Shown here: positions 63,851 through 64,000 of the stretch, piece by piece
Numbering within the stretch: the stretch's first letter is position 1
Layout: the number at the start of each line of letters is the position of its first letter
Assembly: GCF_022539665.2 (NCBI RefSeq)
Contig: NC_081333.1
Span: 3,534,001-3,598,000 of the forward strand
Direction: 5' to 3'
Length of the DNA stretch: 64,000 nt
Source of the DNA: Daphnia carinata
Lineage: Eukaryota
Notes under the pieces: generated by a model
Told to the model about the DNA's origin: nothing
Databases searched by the model: none
Seen by the model: only the letters and a program-made list of their open reading frames with translations
Position numbers and translations under genes: made by a program

Positions 63851-63922
63851 AGGTCTATAGCTCTGCGGTAGAGCCTTCAGCTGCGATATCTGTTATCCTG
63901 GGTTCAAACCTCAATAGATATA
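63851..63922 (+). pseudogene. Degenerate tRNA-like sequence
   Basis: A-box TAGCTCTGCGGTAGAGC and B-box GGTTCAAACC at tRNA spacing, with a partial acceptor stem (TCTA/TAGA). The anticodon arm is disrupted. Confidence 0.5.
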
Positions 63923-64000
63923 TAAAAATGAAGCACAATAGATGAAGAAAAGAATTTTGCAGTACTGCATTTCAGTTTTATTCTAAGTGTAAATGCAAGT

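Noticed and set aside
63684..63922. Functional tRNA genes
   Set aside because: Mismatched acceptor and T stems and non-canonical conserved positions; kept only as tRNA-like remnants.

Overview
Eukaryotic, AT-rich arthropod genomic DNA. The compact ~55-80 nt GT-AG introns, homopolymer and CA-rich spacers and gene content suggest a Daphnia-like branchiopod crustacean (inference). Most entries in the ORF track are spurious; the real genes are spliced. Protein genes, in order: the 5' end of a Tramtrack-type BTB gene (-), MED21 (-), a NUDT6-like Nudix hydrolase (-), a SERTA-domain co-regulator (+), a secreted neprilysin/M13 peptidase (-), a secreted protein with three tandem Scarface-type clip domains and no visible protease domain (+), and a Beat-like two-Ig protein (+). 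There are also degenerate gene remnants and transposon-like DNA at the right end. The most striking non-coding signal is a ~260-nt candidate RNA polymerase III RNA gene at 33672-33932. It has a TATA box at -31, a perfect 10-bp 5'/3' closing stem, many internal hairpins and a T5 terminator, and it does not match any RNA family I can recognise. All gene models were assembled by eye and no database searches were run.
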